NCBI GenBank assembly: GCA_965223855.1
Contig: CBDCXM010000009.1
Span: 2,208,001 to 2,272,000, forward strand
Source: Candidatus Multivoradales bacterium
Lineage (GTDB): Bacteria > Acidobacteriota > Thermoanaerobaculia > Multivoradales > JAHEKO01
Length of the DNA stretch: 64,000 nt
Direction of reading: 5' to 3'
Positions 46,412 through 57,597 of the stretch are shown here, piece after piece (the first letter of the stretch is position 1; each line of letters opens with the position of its first letter). The position numbers and the translations under genes are program-made. Below the pieces are notes generated by a model. That model was not told the DNA's origin. It did no database searches and saw only the letters and a program-made list of their open reading frames with translations.

Positions 46412-47286
46412 ATGAGCGACTCCACTCTCATTCGAATCGCGCACAGTCCGGACTCGGATGACGCGTTCATGTTCTACGCCCTGACACAGGGGCTGCTCGA
46501 CACCGAAGGGCTCGAGGTCACCCACGTCCTGCGTGACATCGAGACCCTCAACCAGGCGGCGTTCGAAGGCACCTACGAGATCACGGCGTTGTCGATCCAC
46601 GGCTACGCCTACCTCGCCGATCGCTACGCCCTGATGCCTTCCGGGGCGAGCTTCGGCGACGGCTACGGGCCGGTCGTCGTGGCGAGGGAGGGGATGACGC
46701 GAGAGGAGCTGGCCGGCCGCGAGGTCGCCATTCCGGGCGAGCTGACGACGGCTCACCTGGCGCTGCGCCTCTGGCAGCCGGACGTCCGCACGCGGATCGT
46801 TCCCTTCGACGAGATCCTCGACGTCGTCGAGGCCGGAGAGGTGCCGGCCGGCGTCGTCATCCACGAGGGGCAGCTCACCTACCAGGAGCAGGGGCTCACC
46901 AAGGTTCTCGACCTCGGAGAGTGGTGGCAGGGTGAGACCGGTGGTCCTCTGCCGCTCGGCGGCAACGGGATCCGCAAGGATCTCGACCCGGAGCTTCAGC
47001 TGCGCCTGTGCTCGCTCCTGCGCCAGAGCATCGACTATGCGCTCGAGCATCGTGAGGAGGCGCTCGGCTACGCCGTCCGCTACGCCCGGGGCATCGAAGA
47101 CGATCCGGTCCGCTCGGATCGCTTCGTCGGGATGTACGTCAACGAGTGGACACAGGACTACGGCGAGGCCGGTCGCACTGCGGTGCAGCAGCTGCTCGAC
47201 CGCGGCTTCGAAGCGGGAGTGCTCGATCGCCAGGTCGAGGCCGAGTTCGTCGGTGTGGCCGAAGCGATGACCGAAGGGAGCCCATC

Positions 47287-47290
<4 letters not shown>
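46412..47290 (+). CDS. mqnD: MqnA/MqnD family menaquinone (futalosine pathway) protein, likely MqnD
   Basis: [45 protein letters not shown]. Confidence 0.85.
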
Positions 47291-48531
<1,241 letters not shown>

Positions 48532-48588
48532 GTCCGGCCGGGTGCAACTCCCGGCCCGGCCCGGCGTACATGGGGGCAGGGGTTCGCT

Positions 48589-50994
48589 GTGAGTTGGAAA
48601 GCACTGATCGGCTGGATTGCGCTGGGGGTGGCGGCTGCCGCCTCCTTCGTCGCTCTTTTCCCCAGTCTGCTGCCGTTCGAGCCGGCGCGCTGGCAGATCG
48701 ACAGGTCGACCGCCGAGGCGATCGCCCTCGAGAGAGCCGCGGATCTCGGCGACGTGCCGGTCCCGGCGACCGTCGTCGTCACCCGCGAGTCGTGGAACTC
48801 GGTCGCCCTGCGGCTTCGTGAGTCGCAGCGCGAGGGAGTGCCGATCGAGCGTCTTCGAGAGAGTCGCGCCGCCGATCTCGTGCGTGTCTGGCAGGTTTCG
48901 GTTCACGACGACGTCTCGCCGAGTTCCCGATGGAGTCATCGAGTGCGTCTTTCGGCCGAGGGGCAGGTGCTGCAACTCGAGCGGCAGGTGAGCGACTCGG
49001 AGGCGCGCGGACTTCTCGATCCGACCCAGGCGCGCGCCCGTGCCGATCGGCTGCTCGAGAGCCATGGCTACGAGCCGGCTTCCTACGGCGAGCCGGACCT
49101 GCGGGTGCTCGAGCTCGAGAACCGCACCGACACGCTGCTGCGATACGTCGATCAGAACACCCCCTTCGGCGAGGAGGTGCGCTCCGGTCTCGAGGTGCGC
49201 TTCGCGGGCGATCAGTTGCTGGGGTTCGACACCTGGTTCGACGACGAGCGCAAGGACGAGTTCCTGGCGCCGTTGCGAGGCGCCAACCTCCTCGAACAGG
49301 GGTGGGTGTTCCTGCCGATCCTGCTCCTTCCCCTGGTAGCGGTACCGTTCGTCCGCCGCTACCACGCCGGCAAGATCGGCGTGCAGCAGGGGCTGAGGAT
49401 CGCGGGGGTCGTCCTCGTCAGCGGGCTGGCCGCCGCGTTCGCGACAGCCAAGGGAATCTCCGCCGACGCCAGCTTCGGCGGCCTGTCGAAGCCCCAGGTG
49501 ATCGTCGCCATCATGTTCCAGTTCAGCGTCGTCTTCTACTTCCCGATGGCGCTGCTGGCGTTCCTGAGCTGGTCGGTGGGCGAGTCGCTCTGTCGCGAGA
49601 AGTGGGGGCACAAGCTCGCGGGCTTCGACGCTCTCTTCCGCGGCGCCTGGAACAACGCCACGTTCGCCCGGGCTGCGCTGCGCGGCGTCGCCTGCGGATT
49701 CGTCATCCTCGCGCTTTTCGGCGGCGCCCTGCGTCTCCTTGGAGAGCGCGTGGTCGCCTTCGGCCTCGGCATGGCGGGGCCGGGCTGGGACAGCGTCCAG
49801 TGGGTGTTCGTGCCGACCCTGGCGTTCGGGCTGGCGTACGCCCTCTACAGTGCCCTCTTCGGCCAGTTGTTCCTCGTGACCTGGCTGGCCAGGCGGCTCG
49901 GTCGGGTCGGCGGCCCGGTGGCGGCGGCCGCCCTGGGGGCGCTGTGCTTCTTCCCGGTGGCGTCGGTCTTCCCGCTGCCGGCGACCTTTGCGCTCGGGTT
50001 TCTCGTCTACGGCGGCCTGGTGCTGGTGTTCCTCAAGTACGGCATCTTCGCCGGGGTGATGGCGCAACTGACGATCACCCTGATGCCCGCGGCCGCCCGT
50101 CTCTACACGGCGGGACACTCGACGATGGAGCTCAACGCCGCCCTGCTGCTGCTGGCCGTCCTCGCGCCGCTGCTGCTGAGTTTCAAGCACATCCTCAGCA
50201 ACCGCGAGTTCGTCTACCGCTACGACGACGTCCCCAAGCACGTGCGCCAGATCGCCGAGCGGGAACGTCAGAAGGTCGAGCTCGAGACCGCCCGGGGGAT
50301 CCAGTCGTCGATCCTCCCCGAGCTGCCTCCGGAGCTCAACGGGGTCAAGCTGGCCCACCGCTACCGGCCCGCCTCCGAAGTGGGCGGTGACTTCTACGAC
50401 GTGCTCGCTCTCGAGGACGGCCGACTCGCCATCGCCGTCGGCGACGTCGCCGGACACGGGGTATCGAGCGGGCTCGTCATGTCGATGGCGAAGTCCGCGC
50501 TCGCCGTCCAGGTGACGTTCGACCCCGAGGTCGAGTCGGTCTTCCGCACGGTCAACAAGATGGTCTTCCAGAGCGCCCGCAAGCGCCTGCTGACGACGCT
50601 GTGTTACGCGCTGATCGACCCGCGGGAGCGGGAGATGTACTTCGCGAGTGCGGGACACCTCTTCCCCTACCGGGTCTCCTCGACCGGCAGGGTGGAGGCG
50701 CTCGAGTCGATCTCATACCCGCTGGGGGTACGCGACACGATCGACGTGCGCACGCGGGCGGCGAAGCTCGACAGTGGCGACAAGCTCTTCCTCTACAGCG
50801 ACGGAGTGGTGGAAGCCAGTCCCGAGGGATCGGTGGAGCTCTTCGGTTTCGAGCGGCTCGAGGAGAGCCTCGAGCGCCATGCCACCTCCGACGTCAGGGG
50901 GATGAGAGACGGTGTTCTCGGAGATCTCGAGGCGTTCGTAGGCCGCCGCCAGCTCGACGACGATCTCACCGTGCTGGTCCTCGAAGTCCCCTGA
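48589..50994 (+). CDS. Membrane-bound PP2C/SpoIIE (RsbU-like) phosphatase
   Basis: Extracytoplasmic domain plus multi-TM region; ARGIQ..ILP, VGGDFYD, GDVAGHG, SAGH, YSDG, DDLT. Confidence 0.92.
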   Translation: MSWKALIGWIALGVAAAASFVALFPSLLPFEPARWQIDRSTAEAIALERAADLGDVPVPATVVVTRESWNSVALRLRESQREGVPIERLRESRAADLVRVWQVSVHDDVSPSSRWSHRVRLSAEGQVLQLERQVSDSEARGLLDPTQARARADRLLESHGYEPASYGEPDLRVLELENRTDTLLRYVDQNTPFGEEVRSGLEVRFAGDQLLGFDTWFDDERKDEFLAPLRGANLLEQGWVFLPILLLPLVAVPFVRRYHAGKIGVQQGLRIAGVVLVSGLAAAFATAKGISADASFGGLSKPQVIVAIMFQFSVVFYFPMALLAFLSWSVGESLCREKWGHKLAGFDALFRGAWNNATFARAALRGVACGFVILALFGGALRLLGERVVAFGLGMAGPGWDSVQWVFVPTLAFGLAYALYSALFGQLFLVTWLARRLGRVGGPVAAAALGALCFFPVASVFPLPATFALGFLVYGGLVLVFLKYGIFAGVMAQLTITLMPAAARLYTAGHSTMELNAALLLLAVLAPLLLSFKHILSNREFVYRYDDVPKHVRQIAERERQKVELETARGIQSSILPELPPELNGVKLAHRYRPASEVGGDFYDVLALEDGRLAIAVGDVAGHGVSSGLVMSMAKSALAVQVTFDPEVESVFRTVNKMVFQSARKRLLTTLCYALIDPREREMYFASAGHLFPYRVSSTGRVEALESISYPLGVRDTIDVRTRAAKLDSGDKLFLYSDGVVEASPEGSVELFGFERLEESLERHATSDVRGMRDGVLGDLEAFVGRRQLDDDLTVLVLEVP

Positions 50995-51139
50995 TCCAGG
51001 GCCTGATCAAAGGACGGGCGCTCTGCTAGACTGAGCGTTCTTTCGCCGGCCGTCCAGGCCGCGCCCAGGTTCGTCGCTCCGCCGTCGCTCACGGCCTGCG
51101 GAGGGCGTCCCGCCCGCATCCACCCCAGGAGGACGAAGT

Positions 51140-52309
51140 TTGAAGATTCACGAGTATCAAGCGAAGGAAGTCCTGCGCCGTTTCGGCGTGCCGACGCCGC
51201 AGGGGAGGGTGACGGAGTCGCCCGCCGAGGCGCGCGCGATCTGCGAAGAGTTCGGCGGCCGATGCGTGGTCAAGGCGCAGATCCATGCAGGAGGGCGCGG
51301 CAAGGGGGGAGGCGTCAAGCTCGCCGACTCGCCGGAGCAGGCGGAGACGATCGCCGGTGAGATCCTCGGGATGCAGCTCGTGACGCCGCAGACCGGGCCG
51401 GAGGGTCAGAAGGTTCGCAAGGTGCTCGTCGAGGAGGCGCTCGACATCGCCTCGGAGTACTACCTCGCGGTGACGCTCGACCGTCAGGCGGGCAGGCCGA
51501 TCGTCATGGCCTCGGCCGCCGGCGGCATGAACATCGAGGAGGTGGCCGAGGAGAACCCGGACGCGATCGTGCGTGAGGAGTTCGACCCGCACCTCGGGCT
51601 GCAGCCGTTCCAGGCCCGCAACGTCGCGCGACGGCTCGGCCTGAGCGGCACGACCGCGCGTCAGGCTCAGAAGCTCGTCACGGCACTTACCCGCGCCTAC
51701 ATGGAGGTCGACGCCTCGCTCGCGGAGATCAACCCGATGCTGGTGACCGGTGCCGGCGACGTGGTCGCGCTCGACGCGAAGATGAACTTCGACTCGAACG
51801 CCCTCTTCCGGCACAAGGACATCCTCGAGATGCGCGATCTCGCGGAGGAGAACCCGCTCGAGGTCGAGGCGGGCAAGTCGGGGCTCAACTACATCAAGCT
51901 CGACGGCGACATCGGCTGCATGGTCAACGGTGCGGGTCTCGCGATGGCGACCATGGACATCATCAAGCTCTACGGCGGCGAGCCGGCGAACTTTCTCGAC
52001 GTCGGCGGCTCGGCCAGCAAGGAGGCGGTTTCGAACGCCTTCCGGCTGCTGGTCGGCGATCCGAACGTCAAGGCGGTGCTGATCAACATCTTCGGCGGGA
52101 TCGCCCGCACCGATCGCATCGCGGCCGGCGTCGTCGATGCGCTGGGGGAACTCGGCGAGGTCGAGATGCCGGTGGTCGTGAGGCTGGAAGGGACCAACGT
52201 CGAGCAGGGGCGTCAGATTCTCGAGGACGCCGACTTCGACTTCATCGTCGCCACCGAGATGGGCGACGCGGCACAGAAGGCGGTCGCCGCCGCCGGGGGG
52301 AACGTCTGA
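51140..52309 (+). CDS. sucC: Succinate--CoA ligase (ADP-forming) beta subunit
   Basis: [41 protein letters not shown]. Confidence 0.98.
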   Translation: MKIHEYQAKEVLRRFGVPTPQGRVTESPAEARAICEEFGGRCVVKAQIHAGGRGKGGGVKLADSPEQAETIAGEILGMQLVTPQTGPEGQKVRKVLVEEALDIASEYYLAVTLDRQAGRPIVMASAAGGMNIEEVAEENPDAIVREEFDPHLGLQPFQARNVARRLGLSGTTARQAQKLVTALTRAYMEVDASLAEINPMLVTGAGDVVALDAKMNFDSNALFRHKDILEMRDLAEENPLEVEAGKSGLNYIKLDGDIGCMVNGAGLAMATMDIIKLYGGEPANFLDVGGSASKEAVSNAFRLLVGDPNVKAVLINIFGGIARTDRIAAGVVDALGELGEVEMPVVVRLEGTNVEQGRQILEDADFDFIVATEMGDAAQKAVAAAGGNV

Positions 52310-53181
52310 TGGCGATCTGGGTAGACGAGAACACGAAGCTGCTCGTGCAGGGCATCACCGGCAAGGAGGGGGAGTTCCACGCCCTCGGCTGCCGGGAGTA
52401 CGGCACCTCGGTCGTCGCCGGAGTCACTCCCGGCAAGGGGGGGCAGGAGGTCGACGGCATTCCGGTCTTCGATTCGGTCGACGAGGCGCGCGCCGCGACC
52501 GGCTGCAACGCGACGATGATCTTCGTCCCGCCGCCGTTCGCCGCCGACGCGATCATGGAGGCGGCGGAAGCCGGGATCGAGCTGGTGGTGGCGATCACCG
52601 AGGGCATTCCGGTGGCCGACATGCTCACCGTCAAGGAGTTCCTCCAGGACCATCCGACGCGGCTCATCGGCCCGAACTGCCCCGGCGTCATCACGCCCGG
52701 GGTGGCGAAGATCGGCATCATGCCCGGGCACATCCACCGTCCCGGTCGGGTCGGCGTTATCTCGCGATCGGGGACGCTCACCTACGAGGCGGTGTGGCAG
52801 CTCACCAACCTCGAGCTCGGCCAGTCGACCTGCGTCGGCATCGGCGGCGATCCGATCAACGGCACGAGCTTCATCGACGCACTGTCGGCATTCGCCGAGG
52901 ACGATGCAACCGAGGCGGTGATCGTGATCGGTGAGATCGGCGGCAGCGCCGAGGAGGAAGCGGCCGCCTGGGTGGCCGACAACTACGACCGACCGGTCAT
53001 CGGCTTCATCGCCGGCCGCACGGCCCCGCCAGGCCGACGGATGGGGCATGCCGGCGCCATCGTCGCCGGCGGCAAGGGGACCGCGGCCGCCAAGATGGAA
53101 GCGATGCGCGACGCCGGGATCCACGTCGTCGAGTCGCCGGCCGATCTCGGCCGGACCGTCGCCGAGGCGCTCGGCGCCTGA
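52309..53181 (+). CDS. sucD: Succinate--CoA ligase alpha subunit
   Basis: [32 protein letters not shown]. Confidence 0.98.
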   Translation: MAIWVDENTKLLVQGITGKEGEFHALGCREYGTSVVAGVTPGKGGQEVDGIPVFDSVDEARAATGCNATMIFVPPPFAADAIMEAAEAGIELVVAITEGIPVADMLTVKEFLQDHPTRLIGPNCPGVITPGVAKIGIMPGHIHRPGRVGVISRSGTLTYEAVWQLTNLELGQSTCVGIGGDPINGTSFIDALSAFAEDDATEAVIVIGEIGGSAEEEAAAWVADNYDRPVIGFIAGRTAPPGRRMGHAGAIVAGGKGTAAAKMEAMRDAGIHVVESPADLGRTVAEALGA

Positions 53182-53199
53182 GCCCGGAGGCCCCTGCGG

Positions 53200-53961
53200 A
53201 TGAAACGTCTCGCCGGCGGCGGCTGGCTGGTGCTGGTGGGTGGAGGTGAATTCACCTTCGGCGAGACTGTGGACGCAGATCGCGCCTGGATGTCCAAGGT
53301 CGCCGACGGAACGATCGGCTTCCTGCCCACCGCCAGCGGCTCGACCGAGTACGGTGACTTCTTCGAGGGATACATCCGCGAGGGATTCGACCGACAGGTC
53401 GAAGTGGTGCCGATCTACCGCAATCGGGACGCCAGGCGCGGCCGCAACCTCGAGCGCATCGAAGCGACCGCGGCCCTCTACGTCGGCGGCGGGGTCGCCG
53501 ATCATCTGCTCGACACGCTGACCGACGAGCCGGCGATCGAGACGCTCGGTCGCTACCTCGGCCAGGGCAAGGTCGTCGTGGCGATCGCCGCAGCCGCACA
53601 GGCGTTCGGTGTGGCGACGCGCTCGATCTTCGGCGGCGAAACCATCCCCGGCTTCGGCTGGCTGCCGGGCGGTGTCGTCGAGACCAACTTCGATCCCGCC
53701 CACGACCGGCGTCTGCGGGAGCTGATGGGCGCGCCGGGCGTTCGCTGGGGGCTTGGCCTGCCCGCGGGCTCCGCCGTCCTTCTCGGGCCCGAGGGCACCG
53801 TGGAAACCGTCGGCCCGATCTTCACCCTCGACGGCCCCGACGCCGACTTCGAGATCATCGGCCTCGCCCCGACCGAAGGGGCCGAAGCCGAAGCAACGGA
53901 CGACAGTACCGATACACAACCACCGGCGCACGACGCCGCTCAGGAGAGATCCGACCCATGA
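53200..53961 (+). CDS. Peptidase S51/cyanophycinase-like fold protein, catalytic residues apparently absent
   Basis: LVLVGGGE, FLPTAS, LYVGGG, GFGWLPG; AIAAAA where G.SAGA is expected. Confidence 0.75.
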   Translation: MKRLAGGGWLVLVGGGEFTFGETVDADRAWMSKVADGTIGFLPTASGSTEYGDFFEGYIREGFDRQVEVVPIYRNRDARRGRNLERIEATAALYVGGGVADHLLDTLTDEPAIETLGRYLGQGKVVVAIAAAAQAFGVATRSIFGGETIPGFGWLPGGVVETNFDPAHDRRLRELMGAPGVRWGLGLPAGSAVLLGPEGTVETVGPIFTLDGPDADFEIIGLAPTEGAEAEATDDSTDTQPPAHDAAQERSDP

Positions 53962-54377
53962 CCAGAACCCTGGCCATTCTCAAGCCCGATTCCGTTCGCG
54001 ACGGCCACACCGGCAGCATCCTCGCTCACCTCGAGCGTGAGGGCTTCCGCATCGTCGCGTTGCGCAAGATGAAGCTCACCGACGATCAGGCGCGCGCCTT
54101 CTACGAAGTGCACCGCGAGCGTCCGTTCTACGACAGCCTCGTCGAGTTCATGACGAGTGGTCCGATCGTCCCGATCGCGCTCGAGCGCGACGACGCGGTC
54201 CCGTATCTGCGTCAGGTGATGGGAGCGACGAACCCGGAAGAGGCGGACGAAGGGACGATCCGGAAGCTCTATGCCGCCTCGATCGAGTCGAACGCCATCC
54301 ACGGAAGCGATTCGCCCGAGAACGCACGCGAAGAGCTGCGCTTCTTCTTCTCGCGCGCGGACCTGATCGCTTCCTGA
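53958..54377 (+). CDS. ndk: Nucleoside-diphosphate kinase
   Basis: TLAILKPD, FY.VH..RPF, MGATNP, NAIHGSDS. Confidence 0.98.
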   Translation: MTRTLAILKPDSVRDGHTGSILAHLEREGFRIVALRKMKLTDDQARAFYEVHRERPFYDSLVEFMTSGPIVPIALERDDAVPYLRQVMGATNPEEADEGTIRKLYAASIESNAIHGSDSPENAREELRFFFSRADLIAS

Positions 54378-54503
54378 CGGTCGGTCCCGCGCACCCATCC
54401 TGACGCCGGCAGCTCCATTGCCGGTGGCGGGAGCCGTCCGCCTGAGCCATCCCCGAGGATCGGGGAGTCGTAGTACCTTCGGCCCCAGGGAGGAAACAAG
54501 GCG

Positions 54504-55730
54504 ATGGCGAGGACGACAGCGGTCGAGTTCACCGGTGCGGCCGGACAGACGATCTCAGGGCGGCTCGAGCTTCCCGCGGGCACGGCCCGCAGCTGGGCGC
54601 TCTTCGCCCACTGCTTCACCTGCTCGAAGGACCTGAAGGCGGTCGTCCGGATTTCGCGCGCGCTGGCCGATCGCGGCATCGGCGTGCTGCGCTTCGACTT
54701 CACCGGGCTGGGCGAGAGCGAAGGCGACTTCACCGACACCGACTTCCGCTCCAACCTGGGCGACCTGGCGGCGGCCGCACGCTTCCTGGCCGAGCGCTAC
54801 GGCGAGGTGCAGCTCCTCATCGGTCACAGCCTCGGTGGTGCGGCCGCTCTCGCCGGCGCGGCCGACATCGACTCGGTGCGCGCCGTCGTGACGATCGGCG
54901 CGCCGAGCGATACCCGGCACTTGCAGGAGCAGATCCTCGCCTCGGAGCCACAGCTCGAGCGGGTCGAGTCGGCCGAGGTCGAACTCGGCGGTCGTCCGGT
55001 CGCTATCGGCCGGAGGCTGGTGGAGGATCTGGGCCGTCAGGACCTGTCGGCCGCGATCGCCGGGCTCGGTCGGGCGCTGCTGATCCTTCACTCGCCCGTC
55101 GACGAGACGGTGTCGATCGACCATGCGGCCCGGATCTACAAGGCGGCGCGCCACCCGAAGAGTTTCGTGTCGCTCGACGGCGCCGATCATCTGCTGCTCG
55201 CCCGCGACGAAGACTCACGTTTCGTCGCCGAGGTCGTGGCGGCCTGGGCCGGCCGATACCTCGAGATGGGAGCTCCGGAGGATCGCGACCTCGCTCCCGG
55301 TGAGGTGCTCGTTTCGAGCCGCGGCGATCGATTCACCCACGACGCCCGCTCGGACCGTCACCACTGGATCGCGGACGAGCCGGAGTCGGTCGGCGGCGAC
55401 GACCTCGGACCCTCTCCCTACGAACTGCTCGTCTCGGCGATCGCCGCCTGCAAGGCGATGACGATGCGGATGTACGCGCGTCGCAAGGGTTGGGAGCTCG
55501 GTGAGGTCGAAGTGCGCGCGCGCCATGATCGTCGGCACGAGCGGGATTGCGAGAACTGCGCCGACGGTTCGGCGAAGGTCGATCATGTCGAGGTTCGACT
55601 CGACGTCGCCGGGGAGCTCGATCGCGAACAGCGCGCTCGCCTCGCCGAGATCGCCGACCGCTGCCCGGTCCACAAGACGCTCGAAGGGCCGATTCGCATC
55701 GAGACCGAGCTCGACGATCGAGTCAGCTGA
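54504..55730 (+). CDS. Bifunctional alpha/beta hydrolase / OsmC-family protein
   Basis: FAHCFTCSK, GHSLGG, HPKSFVSLD.ADHLL; C-terminal GPSPYELL...AC, CPVHKTL. Confidence 0.92.
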   Translation: MARTTAVEFTGAAGQTISGRLELPAGTARSWALFAHCFTCSKDLKAVVRISRALADRGIGVLRFDFTGLGESEGDFTDTDFRSNLGDLAAAARFLAERYGEVQLLIGHSLGGAAALAGAADIDSVRAVVTIGAPSDTRHLQEQILASEPQLERVESAEVELGGRPVAIGRRLVEDLGRQDLSAAIAGLGRALLILHSPVDETVSIDHAARIYKAARHPKSFVSLDGADHLLLARDEDSRFVAEVVAAWAGRYLEMGAPEDRDLAPGEVLVSSRGDRFTHDARSDRHHWIADEPESVGGDDLGPSPYELLVSAIAACKAMTMRMYARRKGWELGEVEVRARHDRRHERDCENCADGSAKVDHVEVRLDVAGELDREQRARLAEIADRCPVHKTLEGPIRIETELDDRVS

Positions 55731-55911
55731 ACCCCGGCTTCACCGACGAGGGAGCGAGCGCTCCACGTCGAGGCTGGTTCGCCGGAGCGCTCGAAGAGTG
55801 TCCTCGACGGAGGACGCTGGAGAGGTCCTACAAGCCGACGAGCCTGCTGTTCAGGGCACTCTCGAACCGGCATGGATTGTGAAGCTCCAGCCGGGCAAGG
55901 AGGTAGCAGCC

Positions 55912-56625
55912 ATGAAACGACCCGTCCTCGTCCTAGCCCTCGCCACCCTCGCCATCACCGTCGGCGGCGCGTTCGAGCCCGCCGAGGCGGGGCGATTGCG
56001 ATGGCACGCCGGCGCCGACTTCCGAGTCGGTGGGTTCGACTTCTCGATCGGTTTCAGCGGGCCCCAGCACTACGGGATCGACTACCGTCCCGACTTCTAC
56101 TACCGGACCCGGGCGCCACTGCGCTACGCCGGCTACCAGTGCAGCTCGGCGTGCTACATGCGGGATTCGTGGAGCTACCACCACCGCTCCTGCCCCGTGG
56201 TAGGTCACCACTTCGCCCTCGGCGGATTCGACCCGTACCCCGCCTGGCACCACGTCCAGTACGCCTGGTTCGGCGGCTATCCGGCACCCTGGTACTACAC
56301 CTACCGGGACCACGACTACCGCCGTTACGGGTATCGCGACTACGGGTACCACGGGCGTCGCCACTACGGCCACAAGTACAGGGGACACGGACACGGATAC
56401 GGCCACTACAAGGGCCGCGGACGTGGTCACTACAAGGGGCATCGCTCCGATGACCGGTACGACCGGCGCTACGACCGGCGTGACCACCGACGAGACGACC
56501 GTCGCTACGAGCGCCGCGACCCGCGGGACCTGCGTCGCTACGATCGGGACAAGGCCTATCCGCGTCACAGGGACGATCGCGACCGCGACGATCGCCGTCG
56601 CCGCGGCCGGCGCGACGACGACTGA
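55912..56625 (+). CDS. Secreted hypothetical protein, Tyr/His/Gly-rich with Arg/Asp-rich tail
   Basis: AAGGAGG SD; signal peptide ending PAEA; low-complexity YGH/YDRR C-terminus. Confidence 0.8.
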   Translation: MKRPVLVLALATLAITVGGAFEPAEAGRLRWHAGADFRVGGFDFSIGFSGPQHYGIDYRPDFYYRTRAPLRYAGYQCSSACYMRDSWSYHHRSCPVVGHHFALGGFDPYPAWHHVQYAWFGGYPAPWYYTYRDHDYRRYGYRDYGYHGRRHYGHKYRGHGHGYGHYKGRGRGHYKGHRSDDRYDRRYDRRDHRRDDRRYERRDPRDLRRYDRDKAYPRHRDDRDRDDRRRRGRRDDD

Positions 56626-56671
56626 GCGCCGCCCCTTCCGCCCGAAGATTCAGCGCCCTGCGACCCAACCT

Positions 56672-56700
56672 CGCCCGGCCGGCTCCCGGCCGGGCGTTTC
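56672..56700 (+). terminator. Hairpin between convergent genes, probable terminator
   Basis: Perfect 11-bp stem CGCCCGGCCGG / CCGGCCGGGCG, loop CTC, followed by TTTC. Confidence 0.65.
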
Positions 56701-56745
56701 CCTGCCCGCCCGGCCTGCGAGATCAGGAGCCGCTCAGAAGGTCGC

Positions 56746-57543
56746 TCAGAGGGCCGGCTCGGTTCTGGCGAGTTCCCAGGCCGACGCCTCCAGGACGCCG
56801 CGAGGGTGGCCGACGTCGAACAGCGGCCCGGGGAGCGGGGCGGCGACGAGGCGGCCTTCGAGAGCGAGCTGCTGGACAGCCGGTACTTCCGAGGACTCGC
56901 CCGCCGTGCCTTTCCCGAGTCTGCCCTCCAGCAGTTCAAAAAAGCCCGGCTGGAAGACGTAGCGCCCGCACGCCCGCCAGTGCGTCCCGTCGGTGAGTTC
57001 CAGTCTGCCGGTTCCCTTTCCTGCCAGACGTCGAACCCTCAGCAGGGCCCCCTCGGGCTCGACTTCGAGCAGCCCCGAGTTGCCGTAGCGTCCGCTGTCG
57101 GCGGCCGTCACCTCGAGCGCTCCGACGACATGGTCGCCGGTGGCCGAGGCTGCCGTGCAGAGGTGAGCGGTCGTCGCCGGCTGCCCGGGGAAGAGGTTGT
57201 CGGGGAGGAGCACCGCCCACGGGCGGGCACCGACCCAGTCGCGCGCCAGCATGAGCGCATGCCCGAGCCCCTCGGCCACCGGCTGCTCCAGATAGACGAC
57301 CTCGACCCCCTCCAACTCGCCGCGCGTCCGGAGGTCGTCGAGCGCCCGGCGCACCAGCCCCTTGTGCGGGCCGACGATGACCCCCAGATTCCGGATACCG
57401 GCCTCGACCGCCTCGGCGACGATCCACTCCAGCGCCGGGCGGCTGCCGATCGGCACCAGCTCCTTGGGCACGAGAGTGGAGAAGGGCTTCATGCGGGTGC
57501 CGTGACCGGCGGCCGGGATGACGGCGTGTCGGATTCGAGTCAT
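56746..57543 (-). CDS. Sugar-1-phosphate nucleotidyltransferase (GalU-like)
   Basis: AVIPAAG.GTRM.P....PKE..P, EQ....GLGHA, LLPD, GRYV, DVG. Confidence 0.88.
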   Translation of the reverse strand: MTRIRHAVIPAAGHGTRMKPFSTLVPKELVPIGSRPALEWIVAEAVEAGIRNLGVIVGPHKGLVRRALDDLRTRGELEGVEVVYLEQPVAEGLGHALMLARDWVGARPWAVLLPDNLFPGQPATTAHLCTAASATGDHVVGALEVTAADSGRYGNSGLLEVEPEGALLRVRRLAGKGTGRLELTDGTHWRACGRYVFQPGFFELLEGRLGKGTAGESSEVPAVQQLALEGRLVAAPLPGPLFDVGHPRGVLEASAWELARTEPAL

Positions 57544-57552
57544 GGGTCTGGC

Positions 57553-57597
57553 TCCACTCGTCAGGACTCTACTCTCCAGGACCCTGCTCTTCAGAAC
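57553..57597. repeat. Three imperfect 15-bp tandem repeats spanning the kinase stop codon
   Basis: tccactcgtcaggac / tctactctccaggac / cctgctcttcagaac. Confidence 0.65.
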
